From: Anthoceros angustus
Lineage: Eukaryota; Plantae; Anthocerotophyta
DNA: 64,000 nt
Direction: 5' to 3'
Assembly: GCA_010909165.1 (NCBI GenBank)
Contig: VJWM01000011.1
Span: 744,001 to 808,000 of the forward strand
Both the position numbers and the translations under genes were made by a program. Below, piece by piece: positions 13,101 to 25,000 of the stretch. The notes under the pieces were generated by a model. It saw only the letters and a list, made by a program, of their open reading frames with translations. It did no database searches and had not been told where the DNA came from. Each line of letters begins with the position of its first letter. Within the stretch, counting starts at the first letter, position 1.

Positions 13101-15924
13101 AATACGTTGATGAGCATGCAAACACACGAAAACGATCTTGAGATCGAGGGTGAAACGATTTTGAAGCACATACCTCGAACCCTTGGGTTTGAGGTTGAGG
13201 TGATAAAAGATGGTCCAGCCTTGAGAATTACCGTTTGGGATCTTGCAGGGCACCGGGAGTTTCATGCTCTTCACGATTTTGTCTTTCCTGCTGTGAATAA
13301 CTCTTCTCTCTTCTTGTTTGTCTATAACCCGTTCAAATTTGGTGGTAATTATTCAAGTGCGGAAATGAAGGATAGAAAGGATTTTCGAGATGAATTTATA
13401 TATTGGCTTAAATTTATTGCTTCCAACTCGCGGTTAGCTCAACAGGTGAAACCTTATGTGCATGTGGTGGTAACATTTGGTGACAAGCTTGAAGGTAGGA
13501 TGTCTTCGTTGCACGGAGGAAGTGTTGGTGATGAAGAAAAGTTCATGGCTGTTGTGGAAACATCCAATGAACCCACTTTCATCAATGGACAGAGTTGGAA
13601 AGATGTGTATGCACTCGCAGCCTTATAGAGGAAAAGCTACGCCAGCTTGTCAATAAAATTGGCCCCAATTCCCAATATTTGTGAGCAGACCCGTATACAT
13701 GTGCAAAGATGGGCTGAGGATCAACAAGGTATGCCAATCATTTCTGTTGAGAAGTTTAGTGAGTTGTTTCATAGCACATGTAAGGCGGCAATAGGGCATC
13801 CACTCATCTCGAGGATTACAAATTTCTTAGAGACTTCATGGACAAAGAGGATAGCTGGAAAGTAGTAGCATCATATCTCAAGGATTCGGGAGATCATATA
13901 TTTCCAAATGTCACGACTTATGGTCATCAACCTCCGATGGTTAGGAATGGGCGTTTTGGTCAGCTGATTAGTATATTTGGTGAACGGACAATAGGCAAGA
14001 TTGGCTTCAAGTTCAAAATGGGTTCATCAGCAAATATGGGTTGAGTAGCCTTCTAAAATGTCTTTGAACAAGGTAGGGCTTGATGAAACCATTGTGAGCG
14101 AGGAACAATTCATCCAATTGATGCTTGAGTTACACCTTTGCACGAAAGTAGAGATGAGGAAGGAGAAGTGCGTTATTTTGTTCCAATATGTATGTATAAA
14201 GAAGATGGATCGAGTTGACCAGTTAGTATGGCCTTCACGGTGGTAATCTTCATGATTATATCTTTATGGGTTTGCGTCTACAATGTGATGATCAAGATTG
14301 TACATTCCTCACACCAGGATTTTTCCCTAGGTTACAGGTTTGTAACTTTTCTCAAGCTCACTATCTTTTGTTTTATGTCCTTGAAACTTCTTCTTTTGTT
14401 TATTATTATTATTACTGTTAACTAGTCTCATTGTTCCTATATATTGTAGGTACTTTTATACACATATTGTTTGACAAAAGGCTGGGTTGATGAGGAAAGA
14501 CCAATTGATTCAGAATAAAATTGGAGCCTAATGTCCTTTTAATATCTGCAGAGGCATTGGATATCTTTGTGGAATTTAATGCCAAATCGGTTGCTACATA
14601 GATATATTGGCCCGATCTACTCAAGGCTATTTAGAGTCCATGTCATTTTGAAGGAACATATTGTATCTCGATTCGGGCATTTTGTGCTTCGTATGAGGGT
14701 TGTGCAGGTTACATTGGTTGAAGGTGTTCTTGACATGAATGTGTGGCATCCCTCACTCTATGCGACATAGGAGACACGAGTGTATCCAGATAAGCTAGTC
14801 AAAGCGGTGGCTGCTGCAAAGGACCGATGCTATGCTCACTACGCATCTTGGAGAGCTATCTTGATGCGGCAGCTCTCACTCATTTTAAAGGCCAACATAG
14901 AGTATGCAACCGTGGTGGATGGTCATGTCATTTTGGGACAAAAGAGGACCTTGCAGCCGAGAGTTCCAAGGTTGAAGCTCTCAATCCTGTGAATAGTCTG
15001 TTTTTTGCTAGGTGTCCTCATTCTGCACATGTAGTTTTCAGTAGCATTACACAAGTAGGCCTTTCTTGCAAACTCGAGGTGCATATTGCAGGATCAAAAT
15101 CCACCAGCAGAGAAGCTGCTGAAACTTCTACATCCAAGTAGTGCAAGTGCGAAAGAAGAACTATTGTTGGGAGTACTTATCCTAACCATGGTGTGGAAGG
15201 AGGAAAGCAGAGGTTTGGCAATGATTGTGAGTATGGAAGGACTGGAGGAGCAGGCGGAGGGCGACTTGAAGCTCTTTTTGAGACTTTGGCGTTTGATACT
15301 GATATATTAGTGGATGGTTCTGAGAATGTGAAAGCACGATTGAGGAGCGTTGCCAAACTCCCTACCCTAGCTAAGGACGATTGCTTTCTATGTTGCATCA
15401 ATGCTCATGGGGGGATTGAAGAAGATGGCAGACAGTACATTCTCACAAGCGGAGCACGGCGGGAGAAGCTATATGTTGATGATGACATCTTGAAGCCCAT
15501 CTCGAATCCACGTGGTTGAGACAAGCCCAAGGTGTTTTGATCAATGCTTGTCGAGGCCGTAGCCTTATCACAAGCGAGAAGCTAAGGACTCTAAGTTGAG
15601 AGTAGCCAAATGTGAGCAAGAGAGCCGGAGAAGTCCGACTCCTGCACTCTGTGAAGGATTGTCTCATCTTCTTCTCGACCCGGTCATGGACAACAATCCT
15701 TTAGAGATGTTGAGAAAGGCACAAACTTTATCACAGCTTTGATGAAAGCCATCATTCGGGGTCTCGAAGAAGGGATGATGTGTCTGACATTTTAACATCG
15801 ATGATTGCCGAGGTCACGGAGATAGAAGTCAAGCTCCCAAGTGAAGCGAAGGCGCCCGAGAAGAGATCCCAATGTCGAGTTGTATTCCACACTCACAAGA
15901 AAGCTTTGCTGGTCTTTACCATAA
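7168..15924 (+). CDS. TORNADO1-like LRR-Roc-COR (ROCO) protein with a C-terminal caspase-like (peptidase C14, p20+p10) domain; multi-exon, with several apparent frameshifts
   Basis: ATG at 7168 (MADPPLPAG...). RI-type LRRs. Predicted introns: 11212-11313, 11374-11539, 12926-13083 (splits the P-loop GFPYAG|KT), 14339-14449 (after TPGFFPRLQ) and ~14990-15091. The Roc motif WDLAGHREFHALHDF matches the TRN1 family. The last exon carries caspase motifs; stop at 15922-15924. Confidence 0.8.
7230..12860 (+). repeat. Four tandem ~1.32-kb (~440 aa) copies of an entire LRR domain
   Basis: The motif QLRALLA(E/D)LES recurs at ~7245, ~8557 and ~9871, and a diverged ELSALLAELDS at ~11555. Modules end with a conserved SW(E/K)xxGxG motif. 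Confidence 0.9.
12890..14990 (+). other. Roc GTPase and COR domains of the ROCO gene
   Basis: G1 motif LILCGFPYAG|KTT, G2-like RTLG, G3-like WDLAGHREFHAL, and TPGFFPRLQ|V, all TRN1-family motifs. Confidence 0.85.
15205..15924 (+). other. Caspase-like protease domain (catalytic His codon 15406-15408, Cys codon 15549-15551)
   Basis: Across frames: ESRGLAMIVS; LEALFETLAF; DDCFLCCINAHGG; DKPKVF(L)INACRG; VKDCLIFFST..GQQSFRDVEKGTNFITALMKAI; STLTRKLCW. All are collinear with the caspase p20/p10 consensus. Confidence 0.85.
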
Positions 15925-17096
15925 GTTCACTCACTTGGCCAACGGGAGTTCGGTATGGCCATGGTCCTTCATCCGTAACTGTAATAGAGTCATCGTTCCC
16001 AACAAGACACTATTGGTGCAGCTCTAATGTGGCCTTCTCTTTTGTCCTTTTCTGTTCATTTCTTGTTCAGTGGCTCGCATACAATTTGGAGGAGAAACGA
16101 CTCCTTCTGTGGATGAACCTGTAGGCAAGAGCTTATGGACTTTAGGGAGGAAAGAACAAGGGAGTTGTGGAGCTGTAGTTGTACTCTTTGGTTTCAAGAA
16201 GCAAGTCCGGATGTAAGCGTTCCTCGATCGAATGACTTCTAGTCCTTTTGCATACTAGATGTGTGTCCATCTTCCTGAGCGGCCCAGGCGTTTGAGGCTT
16301 GCCTTTCTTTCACGATGAGAAAACACAAAGCGCGGACAGTACCTCACAGTAGCTGGTGCCAAACCCTCACCTCCAGTGTTAGAGCTACGATATTTTCGCT
16401 GTTGAAATGTGGATTAGGTTACTTTTCATGAATCACCGACAGCACAAACATGTATGTAAGTTTGTGTTGTCCTTCCGGTTGTACCAGTGACCAATCCATG
16501 TAATCTCTCTGACTGCAAGGAAAAGTGCGCTATATTCTGCCTCTGTTGAGGAGAGGCTGATCGTCGAAAGCTTTTTGCTTTGCCAACTAGTAGCTGATCC
16601 ACATAAAAGTGTGCGATGTCGCTATCGACTTCCTCATCAACATCGCCAACTCCTTAAAACAGTGAGGTTGAAATTACTTGCCTTGGTATATGTTAGACAT
16701 AAATGTCTAGTGCCTTTCAATTAGCGTAGGATTCGCTTAACGGTTGACCCAATGGCGCTTCTGTGGTTGACAGAAACGTGAAACAATGCCTGTAGCTTGT
16801 GAAATATCAGGCCTTGTCCAGCCAGCGAGGTAAAGTAAACTGCCCACAACTTCTCGATAAGGGACAACGCCATTTTGCCTTGTCTAAATTACATCAAGTC
16901 CTCGAGTGATAGCTTCTCACCCGGACCATCGGGTGGCTACTCAATTAATACCTTGCAGGTTGAATTTAGATAAAATCGGCCAGATGAAATGCTCTTGATG
17001 TAATGTGATCCTGCTGTAAGGTCGAAGAAGAACTGAATGCCCAATGCGAACGAAGAGGGCCTACATCATCATATCCCACTCTTCAAGAGCCGCTGA

Positions 17097-17420
17097 CTTT
17101 CGTGAAGGATTGTCTCATCTTCTTCTCGACCATCATGGACAACAATCCTTTAGAGATGTTGAGAAAGGCACAAACTTTATCACAGCTTTGATGAAAGCCA
17201 TCATTCGGGGTCTCGAAGAAGGGATGATGTACATTTTAACATCGATGATTGCCGAGGTCACGGAGATAGAAGTCAAGCTCCCAAGTGAAGAAGGAAGGCG
17301 CCCGAGAAGAGATCCCAATGTCGAGTTGTACTCCACACTCACAAAAAGCTTTGCTGGTCTTTACCATAAGTTCACTCACTTGGCCAACGGAGTTGTGGCC
17401 ATGTTCCTTCATCCGTAATC
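17097..17420 (+). pseudogene. Duplicated caspase p10 fragment (copy 2)
   Basis: Near-identical to 15650-15924 (GQQSFRDVEKGTNFITALMKAII...ELYSTLT); joined to copia RT sequence on its 5' side. Confidence 0.85.
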
Positions 17421-18632
17421 GTAATAGAATCATCGTTCCCAACAAGACATTGTTGGTGCAGCTTCTAATGCGGCCTTCTCATTTGTCCTTTTCTCATTTC
17501 TTGTTCGGTGGCTCGCATACAATTTGGAGAAAACAACTCCTTCGTGGATGAACTCAGGTGAGAGCTCATGGACTTTAGGGAGGAAAGAACAAGGGAGTTG
17601 TGGAGCTGTAGTTGTACTCTTTGGTTTCAAGAAGCAAGTCCGGATGTAAGCGTTCCTCGGATCAAATGACTTCTAGTCCTTTTGCATACTAGATGTGTGT
17701 CCATCTTCCTGAGCGGCCCAGGCGTTTGAGGCTTGCCTTTCTTTCACGATGAGAAAACACAAAGCGGATAAGACTTCACGAGTGGTGCCAAACCCTCACC
17801 TCCAGTGTTAGAGCTACGATATTTTCGCTGTTGAAATGTGGATTAGGTTACTTTTCATGAATCACCGACAAAGACAAACATGTATGTAAGTTTGTGTTGT
17901 CCTTCCGGTTGTACCAAAGGACCAATCCATGTAATCTCTCCGCAAGGAAAAGTGCGCTATATTCTCGCCTCATGAGGAGAGGTCGATCGTCAAAGCTTTT
18001 TGCTTTGCCAACTAGTAGTCGATCCACATAAAAGTGTGCGATGTCGCTATCGACTTCCTCATCAACATCGCCAAATCTTAAAAAGTGAGGTTGAAATTAC
18101 TTGCCTTGGTATATGTTAGACATAAATGTCTAGTGCCTTTCAATTAGCGTAGGATTCGCTTAACTGACCCAATGGCGCTTCTGTGGTTGGACAGAAACGT
18201 GAAACAATGCCCGTAGCTTGTGAAATATCAGCCTTGTCCAATGAGAGGTAAAGTAAGCGCCCACAACTTCGATAAGGGACAACGCCATTTTGCCTTGTCT
18301 AAATTACATCAAGTCCTCGAGTGATAGCTTCTCACCGGCTGCAACTGGGGTGGCTACTCAATTAATACCTTGCAGGTTGAATTTAGATAAAATCTGACGA
18401 ATGAAATGCTCTTGATGTAATGTGACAGATCCTGCTGTAAGGTCGAAGAAGAACTGAATGCCCAATGCGAAACGAAGAGGGCCTACATCTGTCATATCCC
18501 ACTCTTCGAAGAGCTGCTGCTTGACTTCTGTAAGGATTTCGTTGTCGCTTGCAAAAATGAAATTATCATCAATGTAAAGGGCAATAATGCATAGCTGGTT
18601 GTTCTTGCACAGATATAAATCGCTATCGGCGG

Positions 18633-19089
18633 AGAAGCTATATGTTGATGATGACATCTTGAAGCCCATCTCGAATCCGTGGTTGAGACAAGCCCAAGGT
18701 GTTTTGATCAATGCTTGTCGAGGCCGTAGCCTTATCACAAGCGAGAAGCTAAGGACTCTAAGTTGAGAGTAGCCAAATGTGAGCAAGAGAGCCGGAGAAG
18801 TCCGACTCACATTCGTGAAGGATTGTCTCATCTTCTTCTCGACGGTCATGGACAACAATCCTTTAGAGATGTTGAGAAAGGCACAAACTTTATCAGCTTT
18901 GATGAAAGCCATCATTCGGGGTCTCGAAGAAGGGATGATGTGTACAGCATTTTAACATCAGTGATTGCCGAGGTCACGGAGATAGAAGTCAAGCTCCCGA
19001 GTGAAGCAGGAAGGCGCTCTGAGAAGAGATCCCAATGTCCCGAGTTGTATTCCACACTCACAAGAAAGCTTTGCTGGTCTTTACCATAA
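18633..19089 (+). pseudogene. Duplicated partial caspase domain (copy 3: post-His p20 including NACRG, plus p10)
   Basis: Begins at EKLYVDDDILKP and carries aatgcttgtcgaggc (NACRG) and ELYSTLTRKLCWSLP*. It lacks the His-containing segment. Confidence 0.85.
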
Positions 19090-19614
19090 GTTCACTCACT
19101 TGGCCAACGGGAGTTCGGTATGGCCATGGTCCTTCATCCGTAATAGAATCATCGTTCCCAACAAGACATTGTTGGTGCAGCTTCTAATGCGGCCTTCTCA
19201 TTTGTCCTTTTCTCATTTCTTGTTGTGGCTCGCATACAATTTGGAGGAGAAAACAACTCCTTCGTGGATGAACACAGAGAGCTCATGGACTTTAGGGAGG
19301 AAAGAACAAGGGAGTTGTGGAGCTGGTGTACTCTTTGGTTTCAAGAAGCAAGTCCGGATGTAAGCGTTCCTCGATCGAATGACTTCTAGTCCTTTTGCAT
19401 ATTAGATGTGTGTCCATCTTCCCGAGCGCCCGTTTGAGGCTTGCCTTTCTTTCACGATGAGAAAACACAAAGCGCGGACAGTACCTCACAGTAGCTGGTG
19501 CCAAACCCTCACCTCCAGTGTTAGAGCTATGACATTTTATTGAAATGTGGATTAGGTTACTTTTCATGAATCACCGACAGCACAAACATGTATGTAAGTT
19601 TGTGTTGTCCTTCC

Positions 19615-20940
19615 GGTTGTACCAGTGACCAATCCATGTAATCTCTCTGACTGCAAGGAAAAGTGCGCTATATTCTCGCCTCATGAGGAGGCGATCGTCA
19701 GCTTTTTGCTTTGCCAACTAGTAGCTGATCCACATAAAAGTGTGCAGTATGCTGCTATCGACTTCCTGCTGTCAACATCGCCAGCCCAGTCAGCGTCTTA
19801 AAAACAGGTGAGGTTGAAATTACTTGCCTTGGTATATGTTAGACATAAATGTCTAGTGCCTTTCAATTAGCGTAGGATTCGTTTAACAGTGACCCAATGG
19901 CGTTTTCCAGGGTTGGACAGGAAACGTGAAACAATGCCTGTAGCTTGTGAAATATCAGGCCTTGTCCAGCCAGCGAGGTAAAGTAAACTGCCCACAACTT
20001 CTCGATAAGGGACAACTGCCATTTTTGCCTTGTCTAAATCTGTTACTGGGCAGTCCTCGAGTGATAGCTTCTCACCGGCTGCAACTGGGGTGGCTACTCA
20101 ATTAATACCTTGCAGGTTGAATTTAGATAAAATCGGCCAGATGAAATGCTCTTGATGTAATGTGACGGATCCTGCTGTAAGGTCGAAGAAGAATGCCCAA
20201 TGCGAACGAAGAGGGCCTACATCATCATATCCCACTCTTTCAACATGACCTGTAAGGATTTCGTTGTCGCTTGCAAAAATGAAATTATCATCAATGTAAA
20301 GGGCAATAATGCATAGCTGGTTGTTCTTGCACAGGATATAAATACTGCTATCGGCAGTAAGGGGCTCAAAACCTAAAACACGAAGCTTTGCATCTGCTCT
20401 TCCATTCCAGATGCGTGCAGACTGTTTCAGTCCATACAGCGACTTTATAAGCTCACATACCAGGTCAGGATCTAATACATAACCCTGTGGCTGCTGCATG
20501 TAGATTGTTTATTCTAGAGGCCCATTTAGAAATGCTGCTTTTACGTCCATCTGATGGACGATGAGTTTATGCTGAACAGCGAAACATAACAGAATTCTCA
20601 TTGATGTCAGCTTGACTACGGGGCTAAATGTCTCGTTATAATCGGGGCCTTGAACTTGGGTGTAGCCCCGTGCTACAAGGCGGGCCTTATATCTAGCAAC
20701 AGACCCATCAGGATGAAGCTTAAGTTTAAATACCCATTTTGAGGTAATAGCTTTCGATCCTGCAGCAATTTGACTAGCTTCCATGTGGTTATCTATCAAA
20801 GATTGGTACTCACTATCAATGGCTTGATCTACCGTTTGGGGTGAACTAAGAGCTTCCGAAATGTCATAGGCGATCAAGAGGTCTGTAATGGTAAGAGCAA
20901 TGTCGAGCCATCTCGCTAGACTACCTCGCACATTATGCAA
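19615..20940 (-). pseudogene. Copia reverse transcriptase/RNase H (frameshifted)
   Basis: KWVFKLK...ARYKARLVARGYTQVQGPDYNETFSPVVK...HQMDVKAAFLNG; KSLYGLKQSARIW; LYIDDNFI. Confidence 0.9.
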
Positions 20941-21202
20941 GCATTTGGTGTTGCACGAGAAACAAATGAATCACCTGGTGTGTAGGGAGGTTCCAACCAG
21001 GCTTCTCTTGGACGATGTGTCCGTGCAGACCTACGTAAAGGTAACTGATCATGTAAAGGCTCTTGTTGTGGCTCATCAGCAACATGGACAGGTGCTGGTA
21101 AATCAGGATCTAACATGTCATCAGCGAGATTGGGTGGACCAGGGTCATCATGATGCTGGAAAAGAGGCTGATCATCATCAGGTGGTATGTCAATGTCGCT
21201 CA

Positions 21203-22030
21203 TCAAAGTCGTGCTGGTAAGGGTGCTACATAATTCAAAGGTTGAGGTTGACTTAAAGGTTCATCATCAAAATCTGAGTGGTGGTATATGTTGTCTTCAA
21301 AATCTAAGCATATACAAAGTTGGTCGATGAAAATTGCAGGAGGTGTGTGTCCATAGATGGAACTGCGGTATGGGGTCGTCATGGCTAGTGCTAGTATGTG
21401 CATGTGAGTCTAGGATGAAAGCTTCATTAAAACTTACACTGCGAGCAATACATGTATTGATATGTAAGGGAACTATGTATAGTTCCCTTGTAAGGGGATT
21501 AAAAAGCTTATAGCCTTTGACTGTGTCGGAATAGCCGACGAACACATGTTTGGTTGCCTTGTTGTCCATCTTATAGTGCTTATCAGCAGGAATATAGGCA
21601 TATGCCATGACCAAAAACTCAAGGTGACCAATACGTGGCTTGTGTCCGCACCATCTTTCAAAAGGAATTGTGTCGTCTGAGGTTTAAGGGGCAGCGGTTG
21701 GCGACATAGTTGAGAATCAGCGCCGCCGAACCCCCCGGTAAGTCTTGCTATTGTAAGAGTTGCTCTTGAACGCTCCTGTAATGTGCGGTTATACCTTTAC
21801 GCATATGGATTCGAGGAGGATGGTAGGGCATCAACTCATGAATGATGCCCTTCCGCTGCGTAATTCGATAAATTCATGACCGAGGTACTCTTTGGCGTTG
21901 TCGGTCGTAGGCGTTTGATGGTGGAGCCTATCCGAGTTTACGCCATGGCTACATATTCACGAAATTTGTCAAGACTTGATGTCTATTGTGAAGGAAATAG
22001 AGCTTGCAAAAGTGGCTCTATTCATCTAAG
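21203..22030 (-). pseudogene. Copia integrase core and downstream domain (degenerate)
   Basis: AYAYIPADKHYKMDNKATKHVFVGYSDTVKGYKLFNP, with degenerate integrase sequence upstream of it. Confidence 0.7.
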
Positions 22031-22099
22031 AATGAAGGAAATAGAGCTTGCAAAAGTGGCTCTATTCATCTAAGAATGACAAGAAATACACTGCTCCTC

Positions 22100-25000
22100 A
22101 AAGGATTGTGTAGACATGGGTCCACAAACATCCGAGTGTATGACTTCCAGTAAAGAGGTGGCTCTTGTAGGTGAGGGGTCATTGTAAGGCTTTTGAGTAA
22201 GTTTCCCAATTTGACTTTACAAAGAGTGTTGCATCAGTTTGAAAGTAAGCCCGTCTTTGTACAAGGCTTTATTTTTCACTACCCTATCTACATATGCTAG
22301 ACTAGGGTGACCTAATCTGATGCCATAAGAAAGAGGGACTTATCTTGGTTTAGCATCCGCTACATAGGCTTCTTTGTGTGTTTGTTGAACATGCTTGGTG
22401 GTAATGTGTAGATGATATAGGTCATGGTAAGGAAACCATTAGCTAGGACGAGTGGAACCGGGAGACTACATATGAAGTCAGTAAATGTACTGCAGTGCGA
22501 TCAGGTTAGTTTGTGTATTGAAAGCATTTCAGGCTTTGTACAAGGCTTTATTTTTCACTACCCTATCTACATATGCTAGACTAGGGTGACCTAATCTGAT
22601 GCCATAAGAAAGAGGGACTTCTGGTTTAGCATCCGCTACATAGGCTTGTGTGTTTGTTGAACATGCTTGGTGGTAATGTGTAGATGATATAGGTCATGGT
22701 AAGGAAACCATTAGCTAGGACCGGAGGTGTGGAACCGGGAGACTACATATGAAGTCAGTAAATGTACCGCAGTGCTGCGATCAGGTTAGTTTGTGTATTG
22801 AAAGCAAGTTTTTAGTCATACTAGGAACATGGAGTACCCTCTGTGAATGTTGTGTCCATGATTGAGTGCAACTTGATTTGCCCTTGGATGGACAAATCAT
22901 CATCTCCTAATAGCACAAATTGGCTGGTTGTAGAAGAGGTATAATTGCTGAACATCTCACGAGTGGCAGATGTGGTTGGTGGCACCGAGTCCGTGTACCA
23001 CATGTTAATGTCGGCTGTAAGAGATAGGCAAACGCCAATATTGTTGGAGATTTGTTGTTATTGTTGGGTCGACAACCATGTTGTTTTCTAATGGTCGCGT
23101 AGTGGCATTTGCTTGTTTCTTAGGCATTCATTCTCGAAATGCCACGGAATTGACACCAGCGTTTTCACTGTGGTGAAGAATTGTTATTGTTGGGTCCGAC
23201 AACCATGTTGCTTCTGCAGTCGCCGTGGTCACTGCTTGTTTCTTCCGGCATTCATTCTCGAAATGCCACGGAATTGACACCAATTGCGTGGGCCTTTCAC
23301 CGCCTGTGGAAGAAATGTATTTAGTTGTGCGAATATGGATGTCGAGGACCAAAACTTTGTCCCTTCCACGTCCTCTTCCTCTTCCGCGAGAGGTGTATAG
23401 AACATCTTTGTTGATTGGAGGAAGAAGGTCTTACAGATCCAACTCTGGATTTCTCTTCCAATGAGCTCCAACAACTTGTGACAAGGTGATACTTGGAAAT
23501 GCGTTAGTGTGGTACAAAGGATTGTGTAGACATGGGTCCACAAACATCCGAGTGTATGACTTCGATGAGGTGGCTCTTGTAGGTGAGGGGTCATTGTAAG
23601 GCTTTTGAGTAAGTTTCCCAATTTGACTTTACAAAGAGTGTTGCATCAGTTTGAAAGTAAGCCCGTCTTTGTACAAGGCTTTATTTTTCACTACCCTATC
23701 TACATATGCTAGACTAGGGTGACCTAATCTGATGCCATAAGAAAGAGGGACTTATCGGGTTTAGCATCCGCTACATAGGCTTGTGTGTGTTTGTTGAACA
23801 TGCTTGGTGGTAATGTGTAGATGATATAGGTCATGGTAAGGAAACCATTAGCTAGGACCGGTTTGTAACCGGGAGACTACATATGAAGTGGGGTAAATGT
23901 ACTGCAGTGCGATCAGGTTAGTTTGTGTATTGAAAGCAAGTTTTTAGTCATACTAGGAACATGGAGTACCCTCTGTGAATGTTGTGTCCATGATTGAGTC
24001 ACTTTACTTTGTCCTTGGATGGACAAATCATCATCTCCTAATAGCACAAATTGGCTGGTTGTAGAAGAGGTATAATTGCTGAACATCTCACGAGTGGATG
24101 TGGTTGGTGGCACCGAGTCCGGTACCACATGTTAATGTCGGCTGTAAGAGATAGGCAAACGCCAATATTGTTGAGATTTGTTGTTATTGTTGGGTCGACA
24201 ACCATGTTGCTTCTGCTGCAGTCGTGTGGCTCGCACCTTGTTTCTTCCATTCATTCTCGAAATGCCACGGAATTGACACCAATTGCGTGGGCCTTTCACT
24301 CGCCGTGGAAGAAATGTATTTAGTTGTGCGAATATGGATGTCGAGGACCAAAACTTTGTCCCTTCCACGTCCTCTTCCTCTTCCGCGAGAGGTGTATAGA
24401 ACATCTTTGTTGATTGGAGGAAGAAGGTCTTACAGATCCAACTCGGCTGGATTTCTCTTCCAACAGAGCTCCAACAACTTGTGACAAGGTGATACTTGGA
24501 AGTAACGTTGCTTGTGAGCTGACAAAAGTTCGATAACTTGCAGGCAATGAAGTTAGTAGGACAATAGACGCTTTCAACTCTGTTAGCGTTTCTCCAGCAG
24601 CTGCTAATCTTGCTCTTAAGGTTCGAAACCTATGTATATGGTGTTCCACGGTCTTATTGTCTTTCATGCGAAGTGAGTAGAAAACACGTGGCTTGATAAG
24701 AGACATAGAATCTTTTGTAGCAAACATGTCTTGGAATACCTTCCAAACATTGTGTGTGTTGCTTGCCCTTGAGTATGTTGCATCAGTTTGAAAGTAAGCC
24801 CGTCTTTGTACAAGGCTTTATTTTTCACTACCCTATCTACATATGCTAGACTAGGGTGACCTAATCTGATGCCATAAGAAAGAGGGACTTCTTTGGTTTA
24901 GCATCCGCTACATATAGGCTTGTGTGTTTGTTGAACATGCTTGGTGGTAATGTGTAGATGATATAGGTCATGGTAAGGAAACCATTAGCTAGGACCTAAT

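Noticed and set aside
15193-15924. Interpretation as an ordinary plant metacaspase
   Set aside because: Lacks DxCHSG and the metacaspase layout; it has KPK...NACRG and a caspase-type p10 instead.
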